Origin: Eledone cirrhosa
Lineage: Eukaryota
Assembly (NCBI GenBank): GCA_964016885.1
Contig: OZ024763.1
Span: 15,066,001 to 15,130,000, forward strand
DNA length: 64,000 nucleotides
Direction: 5' to 3'
Shown: one piece after another, positions 11,900 through 25,627 of the stretch
How positions within the stretch are numbered: position 1 is the first letter of the stretch
How the letters are laid out: every line of letters starts with the position of its first letter
Notes under the pieces: generated by a model
Databases searched by the model: none
What the model was told of the DNA's origin: nothing
Seen by the model: only the letters and a program-made list of their open reading frames with translations
Translations under genes and position numbers: made by a program

Positions 11900-13760
11900 G
11901 GGTTCTTTTATCACATGAGGAGGGGTTAGTATGGTGTTTAAAAATGGCAGGATCCTTCTATTACATGAGAAGAGCTCACACCTGGTATTTAAACAGGGCA
12001 AGGTCCTATCACCTAAGAAGGAGTTAGATACTGTGTTTAGACAGCATAGGGTCCTTCTATCACATGAGGAGTCACACCTGGTGTTTAGATAGGGTAGGGT
12101 TCTTTTATCACACGGAGAAGGGGTTAGTTGTGGTGTTTAGTGAAGGTAGGATTATTCTGTTGTTTAGATAGGACAAGGTCCTCTCACATGAGAAGGGGTC
12201 ACACCTGCTGTTTAGATAGGACAAGGTCCTATCACATGAGAAGGGGTCATATCTGCTGTTTAGACAGGACAAGGTCCTATCACATGAGAAAGAGGTTAGA
12301 TGTGTTTAGACAGGGCAGGGTCCTATCTCATGAGAAAGGGGTTAGATGTGGAGTTTAGACAGCGCAGGGTCCTATCTCATGAGAAAGGGGTTAGATGTGG
12401 TGTTTAGACAGGGCAGGGTCCTATCTCATGAGAAAGGGGTTAGATGTGGTGTTTAGACAGGGCAGGGTCCTATCTCATGAGAAAGGGGTTAGATGTGGTG
12501 TTTAGACAGGGCAGGGTCCTTCTATTACATGAGAAGGGATTAGTAATAGTGTCAACAGTTGGCAATAGTAGGGGGGGGGGTTATAATAATGGTAGGAGTG
12601 GTGTGATGGTGGTGGCTATAGTAGTGGTTGAGATAGTAGTTGTAGTGGTGCAATGATGGTGGTGGCTACAGCAGTGGTAGTGGCGGTGTGATGGTGATGG
12701 CTACAGTGGTGGTGGTGGTGGTGTGATGGTGATGGCTACAGTGGTGGTAGTGGTGGTGTGATGGTGATGGCTACAGTGGTGGTGGTGGCGGTATGATGGT
12801 GATGGCTACAGTGGTGGTGGTGGTGGTGTGATGGTGATGGCTACAGTGGTGGTGGTGGCGGTATGATGGTGATGGCTACAGTGGTGGTGGTGTGATGGTG
12901 ATGGCTACAGTGGTGGTGGTGTGATGGTGATGGCTACAGTGGTGGTGGTGTGATGGTGATGGCTACAATGGTGGTAGTGGCGGTGTGATGGTGATGGCTA
13001 CAGTGGTGGTGGTGTGATGGTGATGGCTACAGTGGTGGTAGTGGTGGTGTGATGGTGATGGCTACAGTGGTGGTAGTGGTGGTGTGATGGTGATGGCTAC
13101 AGCAGTGGTAGTGGCGGTGTGATGGTGATGGCTACAGTGGTGGTGGTGGTGGTGTGATGGTGATGGCTACAGTGGTGGTGGTGGTGGTGGTGTGATGGTG
13201 ATGGCTACAGCGGTGGTAGTGGCGGTGTGATGGTGATGGCTACAGTGGTGGTAGTGGCGGTGTGATGGTGATGGCTACAGCAGTGGTAGTGGCGGTGTGA
13301 TGGTGATGGCTACAGTGGTGGTGGTGGTGGTGTGATGGTGATGGCTACAGTGGTGGTGGTGGTGGTGGTGGTGTGATGGTGATGGCTACAGCAGTGGTAG
13401 TGGCGGTGTGATGGTGATGGCTACAGTGGTGGTGGTGGTGGTGTGATGGTGATGGCTACAGCGGTGGTAGTGGCGGTGTGATGGTGATGGCTACAGTGGT
13501 GGTAGTGGTGGTGTGACGGTAGAGGCAGTAGTTAAAGTGGTGGTGGTGGTGGTAGTAGTGGTAGTAGTTGACCTAGTGTAATGGTGACAGCTATAGTTAA
13601 AGTGGTATGCAGGTGACAACTATAGTGGTGGTAGAAATAGTAGTTAAACTAGTGCAATCGTGATGGGGGTGATGTCTACAGCAATAGTGGTGGTGGTGGT
13701 GGTGGTGGTGGTGGTAGTAGTTAAAGTGATGTGATGGTGGTGGTGATGTGATGGTGGTGG
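11900..13760. repeat. ~48-bp minisatellite (11900-12535) then a GTG-rich ~24-33-bp minisatellite
   Basis: tttagacagggcagggtcctatctcatgagaaaggggttagatgtggtg units, followed by gtgatggtgatggctacagtggtggt units. Confidence 0.85.
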
Positions 13761-13865
13761 TAGTGATCACAAGACCGCCATTCCCAGTGTCATACATATT
13801 ATCATGGTTTAGCTGATGACAACCTCTCTCAACATACCACTTAACATCTTGTATGACACAATTCA

Positions 13866-13912
<47 letters not shown>

Positions 13913-13915
<3 letters not shown>

Positions 13916-15880
13916 TCATCATCCTCATCATCATCATCATCATTTTACGGCCGCTTTTCCCTGCTTGCAAGGGTGGGACGGGTCTTATTCAGCACAGCAT
14001 CTCTCCACTCGTCACGGTCCCTCGTCATCTCCACCGTGAGCTTCAATGATCTGAGGTCTGTTCTCACCACCTCCGCCCATGTTTTTCGTGGTCTACCTCT
14101 ACCACGTCTTCCCTCAACTGGCATTTCCTGGCACTTCTTCACCCATCGGTCATCCTCCATGCGCATCACATGTCCATACCACCTCAGTCTCCTCTCCCGT
14201 ACACTACATTCTATCCCTCTCAGACACAGTTTCTCTCTCAACACATTTATGCTGGGTCGTTCACGCACATTTACACTGCACATCCAACGGAGCATGCTTG
14301 CCTCATTTCTCTCCAGCCGTCGCATATCTTCTGCGGTAGCTGCCCATGTCTCACTACCATGCAGCATCGCGCTCCTCACACAGGCATCATACAACCGGCC
14401 TTTCGTACGCAGGGAGAAACCCTTCTTCGTCAACAGAGGAAGCAGCTCCCTAAACTTCTTCCAACCCGTCCTTATTCTAGATACTATGGCCTCGGAACAC
14501 CCTCCTCCCATGCTAATCTGATCTCCTAGGTACCGGAAGCTATCCACCACTTCTATAGCGCCCTCTCGCATTTGAAAAATGTGTCTATCAGTGCGACTTC
14601 TACTGTCTAATTTCCCTGTACATCTACTGCATACATAGTTCTCCCTACCTGTTAGTTTGCCTGCTATCCCGCTACATCTCTTGTGTACCCAGGACCTACA
14701 TTGTGTGCATTTTATAGAATTTATGCCAGTTCCTTTTCTGCATATCGAACATGGCCATTTCCCTGACGGAATCAGGGTTTTGTCCTCTTTTCTACTCATC
14801 AACACTTTTGTCTTAGCTAGATTTACTCTCAGTCCTCTTGCTTCCAACTGCTGTTTCCATAGCCGGAATTTATTCTCTAGCTCCTCTACTGATTCTGCCA
14901 TAAGAGCCAGATCGTCAGCATAGAGAAGTTCCCATGGACAGCCAGTCTTAAACTCCTCTGTTATGGCTTGGAGGACTATAATGAACAAGAGCGGGCTGAG
15001 GACCGAACCCTGATGTACTCCTACTTGTATCTGGAATTCCTCACTAAACTCCATTCCTACCCTGACTTTACTGAGAGTACCTCTGTACAAAGTTTGCACT
15101 GTCCTTACAAGCCATTCCTCAACACCCAGCTTCCTTAGGGACCACCAGATGACAGATCGGGGTACCCTATCAAAGGCCCTCTCTAGGTCAACAAAGGCTA
15201 AGTATAGTGGCTTATTCTTCTCTAAGAACCTCTCTTGCATTTGTCTCACCAAGAAGAGGGCATCTGTTGTACTCTTCCCAGGCACAAAACCAAACTGCAT
15301 CTCATCTAGTTTGACCCTTTCTCTAATTAGTTGTGCTAAAATCCTTTCTGCCACTTTCATAACCTGATCTATCAGTTTTATACCCCTATAATTGCTCCTC
15401 TCCAAAGCATCCCCTTTACCTTTGTAGCAATTTATGAGAATACTGCTGCACCAGTCTTTGGGTATGACACCACCATATATAGCCTGATTGATTATGCGTG
15501 CAACCAGTTTAGTGCCTACGTCCCCTGATGCCTTCAGCATCTCAGCAACTATTCCCGATGGTCCGGCCGCCTTACCATTTTTCATTTCCCTAATCGCCTC
15601 TTGGACCCTATATTCGTCAATCTCAATAGCTGGTCCCTCTGTCGGATCTACCAAGGGTAATTTCTCTCTCTCCCATTCGTTCTCCACATTCATCAGTCTC
15701 TCATAATGACATTTCCAGGCCTCCTTTTTCTGGTCATTCGTGACACTAAGTACACCGGCATCATCCCGGACACATTTATCACCAACAACATCCTGATTTG
15801 CATTGACACACTGCCTTGCAATGTGGAACACCGCACGCCTCTGATCTTCCCGTCGCAGAACATTGGCAAACCTCCTACTC

Positions 15881-15883
<3 letters not shown>
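13913..15883 (-). mobile_element. 5'-truncated RTE-clade LINE; uninterrupted RT ORF with an internal PHD-like zinc finger; (ATG)n tail
   Basis: About 645 open codons: GKAAGPSGI, NYRGIKL, QFGF..GKSTTDA, AFVDLERAFDRV, GVHQGSVLSPLLF, LLYADD, FRYLG, RLRWYGHV. Stop at 13945, then (atg)n. Both ends abut (TA)n. Confidence 0.95.
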
Positions 15884-15912
<29 letters not shown>

Positions 15913-15916
<4 letters not shown>

Positions 15917-16272
15917 TCGTGGAGGTGCCACGGCAAAAAAGCACCCAGCACTCACTGTAAATGAGGTTGGTGTTAGGAAGGGCATCCAGCTGTAGAAATC
16001 AAGCCAGAATCAGTTCCCGTCCCACCCTTGCAAGCAGGGAAAAGTGGGCGTAAAATGAAATGATGATGATGATGATGATGGCTGCAAACTCATGTTCGAG
16101 CATTGCCATGAGGTTGGTGTTAGGAAGGGCATCCAGCTGTAGAAATCAAGCTAAAATCAGTTCCATATGAGCAAAGCATGGTCACCTGACCTGGCATTGA
16201 CCACAAGAGGACAATCCTTCTAGCCCATGTTAGCGTGGAAGAATGTACATAAAACGGTGATGATGATGATGA

Positions 16273-16275
<3 letters not shown>
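15913..16275 (+). mobile_element. Two RTE-tailed SINE 3' fragments
   Basis: ttggtgttaggaagggcatccagctgtagaaatcaagc followed by (atg)n tails. The first ends with the same terminal ~35 nt as the RTE LINE. Confidence 0.75.
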
Positions 16276-16329
<54 letters not shown>

Positions 16330-16585
16330 CAAGTTTACATGAGTTGATAATACAACCATATAAAGGCAAAGAAAAATTTTTAAAGTTCAATGTGATTTTA
16401 TAGTCCACAGCCTAGAACAAGTTAGGTATTTATGTGTATTTGAACAATTCTGAGGAGTCTTTCTAACAGGAATGGAATATTTTTTTTGTAAAAGTGGTCA
16501 TGTTGGCAACACAACAAAAAGCGGCCAGCCCACACTGTAAAGTGGTTGTGTAAGTGTCACGACAATAAGCACTCAACACACACTC

Positions 16586-19234
16586 TAACCCTTTAATGTT
16601 CAAACTGGCCAAAACCGACCAGAATTCTCTACCTCTTTCTGTTGAAACTGGCTGTAACTGGTCACTCAAACTGATGTTAAAGTATTGTTCTCAAAATAAA
16701 TACTTTCAAAATCTCATAGATTCGATATTATGTGAGATATTATGTGAGGTAAAGCCTTTACCATGAAAATATAATAGTATATATAGAGTAATGTGGATGT
16801 TATGTGAGATATTATGTGAGGTAAAGCCTTTACGATGAAAATATAATAGTATATATAGAGTAATGTAAATGTTATGTGAGATATTATGTGAGGTAAAGCC
16901 TTTACCATGAAAATATAATAGTATATATAGAGTAATGTGGATGTTATGTGAGATATTATGTGAGGTAAAGCCTTTACCATGAAAATATAATAGTATATAT
17001 AGAGTAATGTGAATGTTATGTGAGATATTATGTGAGGTAAAGCCTTTACCATGAAAATATAATAGTATATATAGAGTAATGTGAATGTTATGTGAGATAT
17101 TATGTGAGGTAAAGCCTTTACCATGAACATATAATAGTATATATAGAGTAATGTGAATGTTATGTGAGATATTATGTGAGGTAAAGCCTTTACCATGAAA
17201 ATATAATAGTATATATAGAGTAATGTGAATGTTATGTGAGATGTTATGTGAGGTAAAGCCTTTACCATGAAAATATAATAGTATATATAGAGTAATGTGA
17301 ATGTTATGTGAGATATTATGTGAGGTAAAGCCTTTACCATGAAAATATAATAGTATATATAGAGTAATGTAAATGTTATGTGAGATATTATGTGAGGTAA
17401 AGCCTTTACCATGAAAATACAATAGTATATATAGAGTAATGTAAATGTTATGTGAGATAATTATGTGAGGTAAAGCCTTTACCATGAACATATAATAGTA
17501 AATATAGAGTAATGTAAATGTTATGTGAGATATTATGTGAGGTAAAACCTTTACCATGAAAATATAATAGTATATATAGAGTAATGTGAATGTTATGTGA
17601 GATATTATGTGAGGTAAAGCCTTTACCATGAACATATAATAGTATATATAGAGTAATGTAAATGTTATGTGAGATATTATGTGAGGTAAAGCCTTTACCA
17701 TGGAAATATAATAGTATATATAGAGTAATGTAAATGTTATGTGAGATATTATGTGAGGTAAAGCCTTTACCATGAACATATAATAGTATATATAGAGTAA
17801 TGTAAATGTTATGTGAGATATTATGTGAGGTAAAGCCTTTACCATGAAAATATAATAGTATATATAGAGTAATGTGAATGTTATGTGAGGTAAAGCCTTT
17901 ACCATGAAAATATAATAGTATATATAGAGTAATGTGAATGTTATGTGAGATATTATGTGAGGTAAAGCCTTTACCATGAAAATATAATAGTATATATAGA
18001 GTAATGTGGATGCTATGTGAGATATTATGTGAGGTAAAGCCTTTACCATGGAAATATAATAGTATATATAGAGTAATGTAAATGTTATGTGAGATATTAT
18101 GTGAGGTAAAGCCTTTACCATGAACATATAATAGTATATATAGAGTAATGTAAATGTTATGTGAGATATTATGTGAGGTAAAGCCTTTACCATGGAAATA
18201 TAATAGTATATATAGAGTAATGTAAATGTTATGTGAGATATTATGTGAGGTAAAGCCTTTACCATGAACATATAATAGTATATATAGAGTAATGTAAATG
18301 TTATGTGAGATATTATGTGAGGTAAAGCCTTTACCATGAAAATATAATAGTATATATAGAGTAATGTGAATGTTATGTGAGATATTATGTGAGGTAAAGC
18401 CTTTACCATGAAAATATAATAGTATATATAGAGTAATGTGGATGCTATGTGAGATATTATGTGAGGTAAAGCCTTTACCATGGAAATATAATAGTATATA
18501 TAGAGTAATGTAAATGTTATGTGAGATATTATGTGAGGTAAAGCCTTTACCATGAACATATAATAGTATATATAGAGTAATGTAAATGTTATGTGAGATA
18601 TTATGTGAGGTAAAGCCTTTACCATGGAAATATAATAGTATATATATAGAGTAATGTAAATGTTATGTGAGATATTATGTGAGGTAAAGCCTTTACCATG
18701 AACATATAATAGTATATATAGAGTGAGATATTATGTGAGGTAAAGCCTTTACCATGAAAATATAATAGTATATATAGAGTAATGTGGATGCTATGTGAGA
18801 TATTATGTGAGGTAAAGCCTTTACCATGAAAATATAATAGTATATATAGAGTAATGTGAATGTTATGTGAGATATTATGTGAGGTAAAGCCTTTACCATG
18901 AAAATATAATAGTATATATAGAGTAATGTAAATGTTATGTGAGATATTATGTGAGGTAAAGCCTTTACCATGGAAATATAATAGTATATATAGAGTAATG
19001 TGGATGCTATGTGAGATATTATGTGAGGTAAAGCCTTTACCATGAACATATAATAGTATATATAGAGTAATGTAAATGTTATGTGAGATATTATGTGAGG
19101 TAAAGCCTTTACCATGAAAATATAATAGTATATATAGAGTAATGTGAATGTTATGTGAGATATTATGTGAGGTAAAGCCTTTACCATGAAAATATAATAG
19201 TATATATAGAGTAATGTGGATGCTAAAGGGTTAA
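16586..19234 (+). mobile_element. piggyBac-like MITE expanded by an internal tandem array
   Basis: Left end taaccctttaatgttcaaactggcc and right end gctaaagggttaa match the ~227-bp copy at 677-903. Confidence 0.8.
16725..19222. repeat. 72-bp minisatellite, ~35 copies
   Basis: Unit tatgtgaggtaaagcctttaccatgaaaatataatagtatatatagagtaatgtgaatgttatgtgagatat; produces the 24-aa periodic pseudo-ORFs. Confidence 0.95.
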
Positions 19235-21404
19235 ATGTGGTTGGCATTAGGAGGGGCATCCAGCTGCAGAAAACAAGCCCAAATCAGTTCCGTGTGTGCA
19301 AATCAAGGTCCTGATTTATCACAAAAAGACTGCCCATCCTACCCATGCTAGTGTGGGAAATGGATGTCATACAATGATGATGATGATGCTGCTGATGATG
19401 ATGATATATATATACATGTCCCACCCACCCTTGCAAGCAGGGAAAAGCGGCCGTAAAATGATGATGATGATGATGATATATATACTCAGAAGACCCCCCC
19501 CCCCCAAATCAAGCGAGTATTTAGGCCCTTATATATAGATATATAGTGTAATTTGGTAAAGAAGATTCAAATTTTCGAGAAACTCAATCCACAGGAACAG
19601 TTGTTATTAGACTAAGTTACCACCTGAATGTAAATAATTCAGACAGGATGAAGAAAATATTTCTAGAGAGAGAGAAAACTGTTTTAGAAACTCATCTAGA
19701 AACTTCCCCTCCTAATTTTATGTAAGAACTTTTGTTATAATTCAAACAGCAGCTTCATAATGAAAAAGTTATATTACTAAATCTCAGCCAAATTCTTGAA
19801 AAACATAGACAATGTCTTTCATTAGCAATATGGTAAATCCCCACCAAATTCTTGATTATTTGAAAACTTATTTGAAAAATATAGTGTTTTTCATTAGAAA
19901 TATGCCAACGAAAGGGTTAAAGTGTTTATATCTAAAAACCTTCCATCATAATTTTCTGTAAGAACCTTTCTTAAGTTATGTTCCAAACACTAGCTTAATA
20001 ATTGAAACAGCAGCTTCATAATGAAAAAGTTATATTACTAAATCTCAGCCAAATTCTTGAAAAACATAGACAATATGGTAAATCCCCACCAAATTCTTGA
20101 TTATTTGAAAACTTATTTGAAAAATATAGTGTTTTTCATTAGAAATATGCCAACGAACGGGTTAAAGTGTTTATACCTAAAAACCTTCCATCATAATTTT
20201 CTGTAAGAACCTTTGTTAAGTTATGTTCCAAACACTAGCTTAATAACTGTTTCTACTTTTTTGGCACAAGGCCAGCAATTATCCCAGTGTATTACTGGTA
20301 CTTTATTGTATCGGCCCCCCTCGTAAGGATGAAAGGCAAAGTTAACCTCGACAAGAGTTAGTTATATTACTCGATTATTTGAAAGACAGTGTTTTTCATT
20401 AGAAATATGGTATTGAAAGGGTTAAGGTAGGTTTTGAATGTGGTTTTATTTTGTTTTTATGGGTTCAATCAAGGATGTGGTGAGTGTGCTCATGCCTTTC
20501 ACAAGCCCTTCCTACCCTATACTGGTGGGGTTTATGCTGTGAATATTTCAGCTAGAAATCATGGGGGGGTGGGGAGGTGAAGTGACAGAATTCCAAGAGT
20601 GTGATTGATAGTAATCATTAGGGTAGGGGAGGGGGGTATAGTGATGGAGTGTATCATTGGGGTGGGGGAGGGGGATGTAGTGATGGAGTGTATCATTAGG
20701 GTGGGGGAAGGGGGTGTAGTGATGGAGTGTATCATTAGGATAGAGGTGGGGGTATTGAAGATTGGGGGGGGTAATAGCGATGGGGTGTGTCATTAAAGAG
20801 GAATGTAAGAGGTAGTGATGGTGGTGGTGGTTGTGGTGATAATAGTGGGGGGGTTATGTTAGTCTGGTGATGATGATATTAGGTGGTGGTGGTGAGGCGG
20901 TGATGGTGGTGAGGCAGTGATGGTGGTGAGGCAGTGATGGTGGTGAGGCAGTGATGGTGGTGAGGCAGTGATGGTGGTGAGACGGTGGTAGTAGTAAGGT
21001 GGTGGTAATAGTAAGGCGGTGGTAGTGGTGGTAGTAGTAGTGTTAAGGTGGTGGTAGTAGTGGTGGTAAGGTGGTGGTAGTAGTGGTGTGATGGTGATGG
21101 TGGTGAGACGGTGGTAGTAGTAAGGCGGTGGTAGTGGTGGTAGTAGTAGTGGTGGTGAGGTGGTGGTGGTAGTAGTGGTGGTGAGGTGGTGGTAGTAGTG
21201 GTGATAGTAGTGGTAATAGTTGTGAGGATTTGCTAGTATGATATGTGATGGTGGTGAGACGGTGGTGGTGGTGGTGGTGGTGAGACGGTGGTAGTAGTAA
21301 TGGTGGTAGTAGTAGTGGTGCTAGTTATGTAAATGGTGGTGGTGGTGTTAGTGGTGACAGTACGTGTGGTAGTGGTGCTAGTTATGTAAATGGTGGTGGT
21401 GTAC

Positions 21405-22062
21405 GTGTTTAAGAAAGTAATATGTATCAACGTAGCGAACATGTTTAAGGACGTAGTAAATGTGTTTACGAACGCCGCGGATGTGTACAAAGCCAAAACA
21501 AATGTGTTTACAAATAAGTAAATGTGTTTACAAACGTAGTAAATGTGTAAAGCCAACGCAAATATGTTTACAAACGTAAAAAATGAGTTTATAAAGGTAG
21601 AAAATGTGTTTATAAAAGTAGTAAACGTGTTTATAAAGGTAGTAAACGTGTTTATAAAGGTAGTAAATGTGTTTACAAACGTAGTAAATGTGTTTCGAAC
21701 GTAGTAAATGTGTTTACAAACGCAGTGAATGTGTAAAGCCAACGCAAATATGTTTACAAACGTAAAAAATGAGTTTATAAAGGTAGTAAACGTGTTTATA
21801 AAGGTAGTAAACGTGTTTATAAAGGTAGTAAACGTGTTTATAAAGGTAGTAAACGTGTTTATAAAGGTAGTAAATGTGTTTACAAACGTAGTAAATGTGT
21901 TTCGAACGTAGTAAATGTGTTTACAAACGCAGTGAATGTGTAAAGCCAACGCAAATATGTTTACAAACGTAGAAAAAGTGTTTATAAAGGTAGTAAATGT
22001 GTTTATAAAGGTAGTAAATGTGTTTACAAACGTAGTAAATGTGTTTATAAACACAGTAAATG
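21405..22062. repeat. 21-bp minisatellite (gtagtaaatgtgtttataaag / ..tttacaaac)
   Basis: Direct inspection; produces the FINTFTT 7-aa periodic pseudo-ORF. Confidence 0.9.
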
Positions 22063-23470
22063 TGTATCTGCCCTGGCGGGAATCGGCCTCCAGGTCAACT
22101 CGGCCAAGTCGGAGGTGGTGACTGTCAGCCTCGATGCTGCGAGCTTTGCAGCCTCCGTCTTGGACGTGCAGTCCATTCTCCGCCAGGTTCAGGTGACCCC
22201 CAAAGAGGATGTCCTCATCCTCGGGTCACCGATCCACCCGCCGGCCATCCGCTCCACCATCAGGTCCAGGCTTCAACAGCTCCAGACTCTCACGAGCCGA
22301 CTGGGCTTGATTGACGGCCACCCAGCTCTCTTTCTGCTGGGGAACTGCTTCGCCATGCCGAAGCTCCTCTATACACTCTGCAGCGCTCCATGCTACACCC
22401 AGACATCTCTCCTCGCTGACCTCGATACTTGTATCCGAGCAGCAGCCGAGGGGATATGCAACATCAAGTTTGACGACATAGGGTGGCAACAGGCCACTTT
22501 ACCGGTCAGGTATGCCGGCCTAGGCCTCCGGTCCCCGATCTCACTAGCTTTGCCGGCGTATCTTTCGTCGGTAACCTCGTGCCGCGTCCTCGTCAGCAGG
22601 GTTCTTCAAAACACAACAGAACCCTCTGTGTTCAAAGAACGTGAGGCCGCCTGTGAGACGTGGGACCGGCTGGGACTTAGTCCAGTAGACGTTCCTCCTC
22701 CTTCTCCCCCTGTTGACGTCAAGTCAACCTAACGCACTTGGGATGCCATCCAGTGCAGCCTGGCCTCAGACAGGCTCACGCGCCAGCTCGACCAGCACCG
22801 CCTTGCTTGTTTTCGTGCAGCCTCCAAACCCCACAGTGGTGCCTGGCTCCATGCTCTGCCCTCCTTCTCCACTGGCACGCAGCTGGACAACCATAGCCTG
22901 CGAATTGGCGTTTCCATGAGGCTCGGCCTCCGGATCTGCCAGCCACACAAATGTCGCTGCGGTTCCACCGTGGACTCTTTCGGACTCCACCCGCTTTCCT
23001 GTCGCCACAGTGCCGGCCGCTGCAGGCTTCCCTTCCCAGCTCGAGCCGGTGGGGCTGGATCGAGGGGACGACAAAAGGCCAGATGGCATGACCATCTTCC
23101 CGTTCCGCGGTGGCAAACCCCTCGTCTGGGATGCCACTTGCACCGACACTTTCTGCAGCCGCAACCTGGTGCAGTCTGCGACTGACCCAGGTTCTGCTGC
23201 ACGTCGGGCTGAGGGGGGCCAAACTCCTCAAATACCGGTCGCTCTCCGACAGGTTTGCGGTCGTACCCCTGGCAGTGGAGACTTCTGGTGTCCTCGGCCC
23301 CAGGGCTACCTGCTTACTCACCACCATAGGCGCTGAGCTGGCCAGCCGCAGGTGTGAGCCCCGCGAGTTGGAGTGGCTTTTCCAGCGCGTCTCCCTTGCC
23401 GTCCTCCGGGGAAACGCCTTCTCCATTCTGTCCGCCGAGACTGTGGGTGGGCCCCATCGTGTACCAATAC
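22063..23470 (+). mobile_element. CRE-like non-LTR retrotransposon, 5'-truncated, with RT C-terminus, zinc knuckle and RLE; frameshifted
   Basis: ILGSPI, PKLLYTLCSAP, QATLPVRYAGLGLRS, CQPHKCRCG..GLHPLSC, KRPDG..WDATC, KY....FAVVPLAVETSGVLG, FQRVSLAVLRGNA. Confidence 0.9.
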
Positions 23471-23624
23471 ATTAGTTAAATACCATTCTTTCATCTGATA
23501 CAACCAAAGAAAATGTGTTTACAAACGTAGTAACTGTGTTTACAAAAGCAATGTAGAAGTTTACCAATGTATTGGATGTGATTACGTAACAAATACATTT
23601 TTTTTTTTCTTTTCCGGTTTTTAG

Positions 23625-23800
23625 CAATTCTGGTGTCCTTGGCCCTAGAGCTACGTCCCTATTCACCAGCTGTGAGCCTCGCGAGATGGAATGGCTCTTC
23701 CAGTGCATCTCCCTTACCATCCCCCGGGGAAACGCCTTCTCTATCCTGTCCGCCGGGGCTGTGGGGAGGCCATCACGCGGGACCCCATTTGCTCACCATA
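23625..23800 (+). pseudogene. Second, more diverged 3' end of the CRE-like element
   Basis: ttctggtgtccttggccctagagctac..tggctcttccag..ggaaacgccttctc repeats 23283-23460. Confidence 0.8.
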
Positions 23801-24059
23801 CCGATTAATAGGCAAAGTTATAAACTTTTGTAAATAAACATTATAAATTGACAAATACATTTACAGATGTGTAGGATATGTCTACGAATGGGGTGCATGT
23901 GTTAACGAATCTTTAAATGAATGGGATTTCTATCGTAAACAAGGAAATATTACAACAGGAAATATTACTCTCCATCTGTCTACACACAATGTAACATACA
24001 ATGTAACATACAATGAAATATACAATGTAACATACAATGTAACATACAATGAAATATAC

Positions 24060-25450
24060 ATCTGACACCTATGTAAGTTGTATCACAGGAGGTTTCTAGG
24101 GTGTTTTAAAGACAGGGACCCTAGTCCTGTCATGTTGTTGTTACAGTTCACACCTATGTAGGTTTAGCTGGCCCTCTACTAGGCTGTATCTCATAGAAGG
24201 TTTCTAGGGTATTTTAACGATAAGGACCTTATATAAGGTCCTAATATGTTGTTGTTACCGTTCACAGCTGGCCTTCTGCACAGTTGTATCACTTAGGCGG
24301 TTTCTATGGAGTTTTAATGATAGGGACCTTAGTCCTAACACAGACCCGTGAACCTATAAAAAGCCAAACGGAGAGTACCATGAAAAAAAAAAAGTGCCCC
24401 CAAAACAAGGAGAAATGAGGCAAAAATGGGGAGATTTTACATAAGACAAGACATCTCTCACCCACCCCAAAGGCTATTGCAAATCTCCCCGTCAGACGGA
24501 CAAAGTTGACGGGTCTGCTAACATGTTACCATTCACAGCTGGCCTCCTACACAGTTGTATCTCATAAGGGGTTTCTTGGGTGTATTAATAACAGGCACCC
24601 TAGTCCTAACATGCTGTTACAACTCACACCTATGTATGTTTTAGCTGGCCTCTTACCATGTTGTATAACAGGTTTCTAGAGTGTTTTAATGATAGGGGCC
24701 TCGTACTATAGTGAAATTTACAGCTCGCACCTATGTAGGCTTAGCTGGTCTCCAACGACGTTGTTGAACACAGGTTCTAGGGTGTTTTAATGATAGAGAC
24801 CCAGTTCGCCTCCTATAAAGTCGTATCTCATAGGAGTTTTCTTGGATGTTTTAATGAGAGGAGCCACCGTACTATCTAATTGTTACAGATGCCTATGTAG
24901 ATTTAGCTGGCCTCCTACGTGGTCGTATCACATTGGTTTCTTGAGTGTTTTAATGATAGGACCCTAGTCCTATCACATCGGAGGTTTCTCGGATGGTTTA
25001 ACGATAGGGGACCCAGTCCTATAATGTTGTTGCTGCTGCTGCTACATCTCACACCTATGTAGGTTTAGCTGGCCCTCCACCAGATTGTATCATAATGGCA
25101 GGTTTCTAGTGTGTTTTAATGATAGAGACCATAACCCTATAATAAAATCTACAGCTCACATCTATGTAGGTTTAGTTGGCCTCCTACGTGGTTATATCAG
25201 GAGGTTTCTCGAGTGTTTTAACGATAGGGGACCCAGTCCTATAATGTTGTTGATGTTGTTACTGATCATACCTATGTAGGTTTAGCTGGATACATCTCAC
25301 AGGAGGTGTCTTGGGTGTTTTAATGATAGGGGACCCAATCCAATCCTGTCGTTGTTACAGCTCACACCCATACAGGTTTAGCTAGTCTCCTACATGGTTG
25401 TATCTAATATGAGGTTTCTCAGGTGTTCTAATGATAAGGGCTACAGTCCT
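24060..25450. repeat. Degenerate ~100-bp tandem array
   Basis: Recurrent acacctatgtaggtttagctggcc and gtgttttaatgatagggacc..agtccta. Confidence 0.75.
24341..24517 (-). mobile_element. MITE (family of 3240-3436) with 6-bp TSD ctaaca
   Basis: ctaaca|cagacccgtgaac ... gttgacgggtctg|ctaaca. Confidence 0.75.
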
Positions 25451-25596
25451 TTCGCGGAAGCACACGAGAGAGAGAGAGAGAAAAACCAAACAAACAGCGC
25501 TGTGCAGTTTAAAGCGACGCTCAAACGATTCTGCCACTTCGCCGTCACATATTTCAAAAGAGAAAATCAATCATACGCCACATGTGTTTGTGTGTG

Positions 25597-25627
<31 letters not shown>

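Noticed and set aside
15884-15951. N-terminus of the 668-aa RTE ORF
   Set aside because: Read-through from an adjacent SINE and (TA)n; the LINE is 5'-truncated and lacks its APE domain.
16706-19259. 639-aa and related hydrophobic periodic ORFs
   Set aside because: Translation of a 72-bp MITE-derived tandem array.
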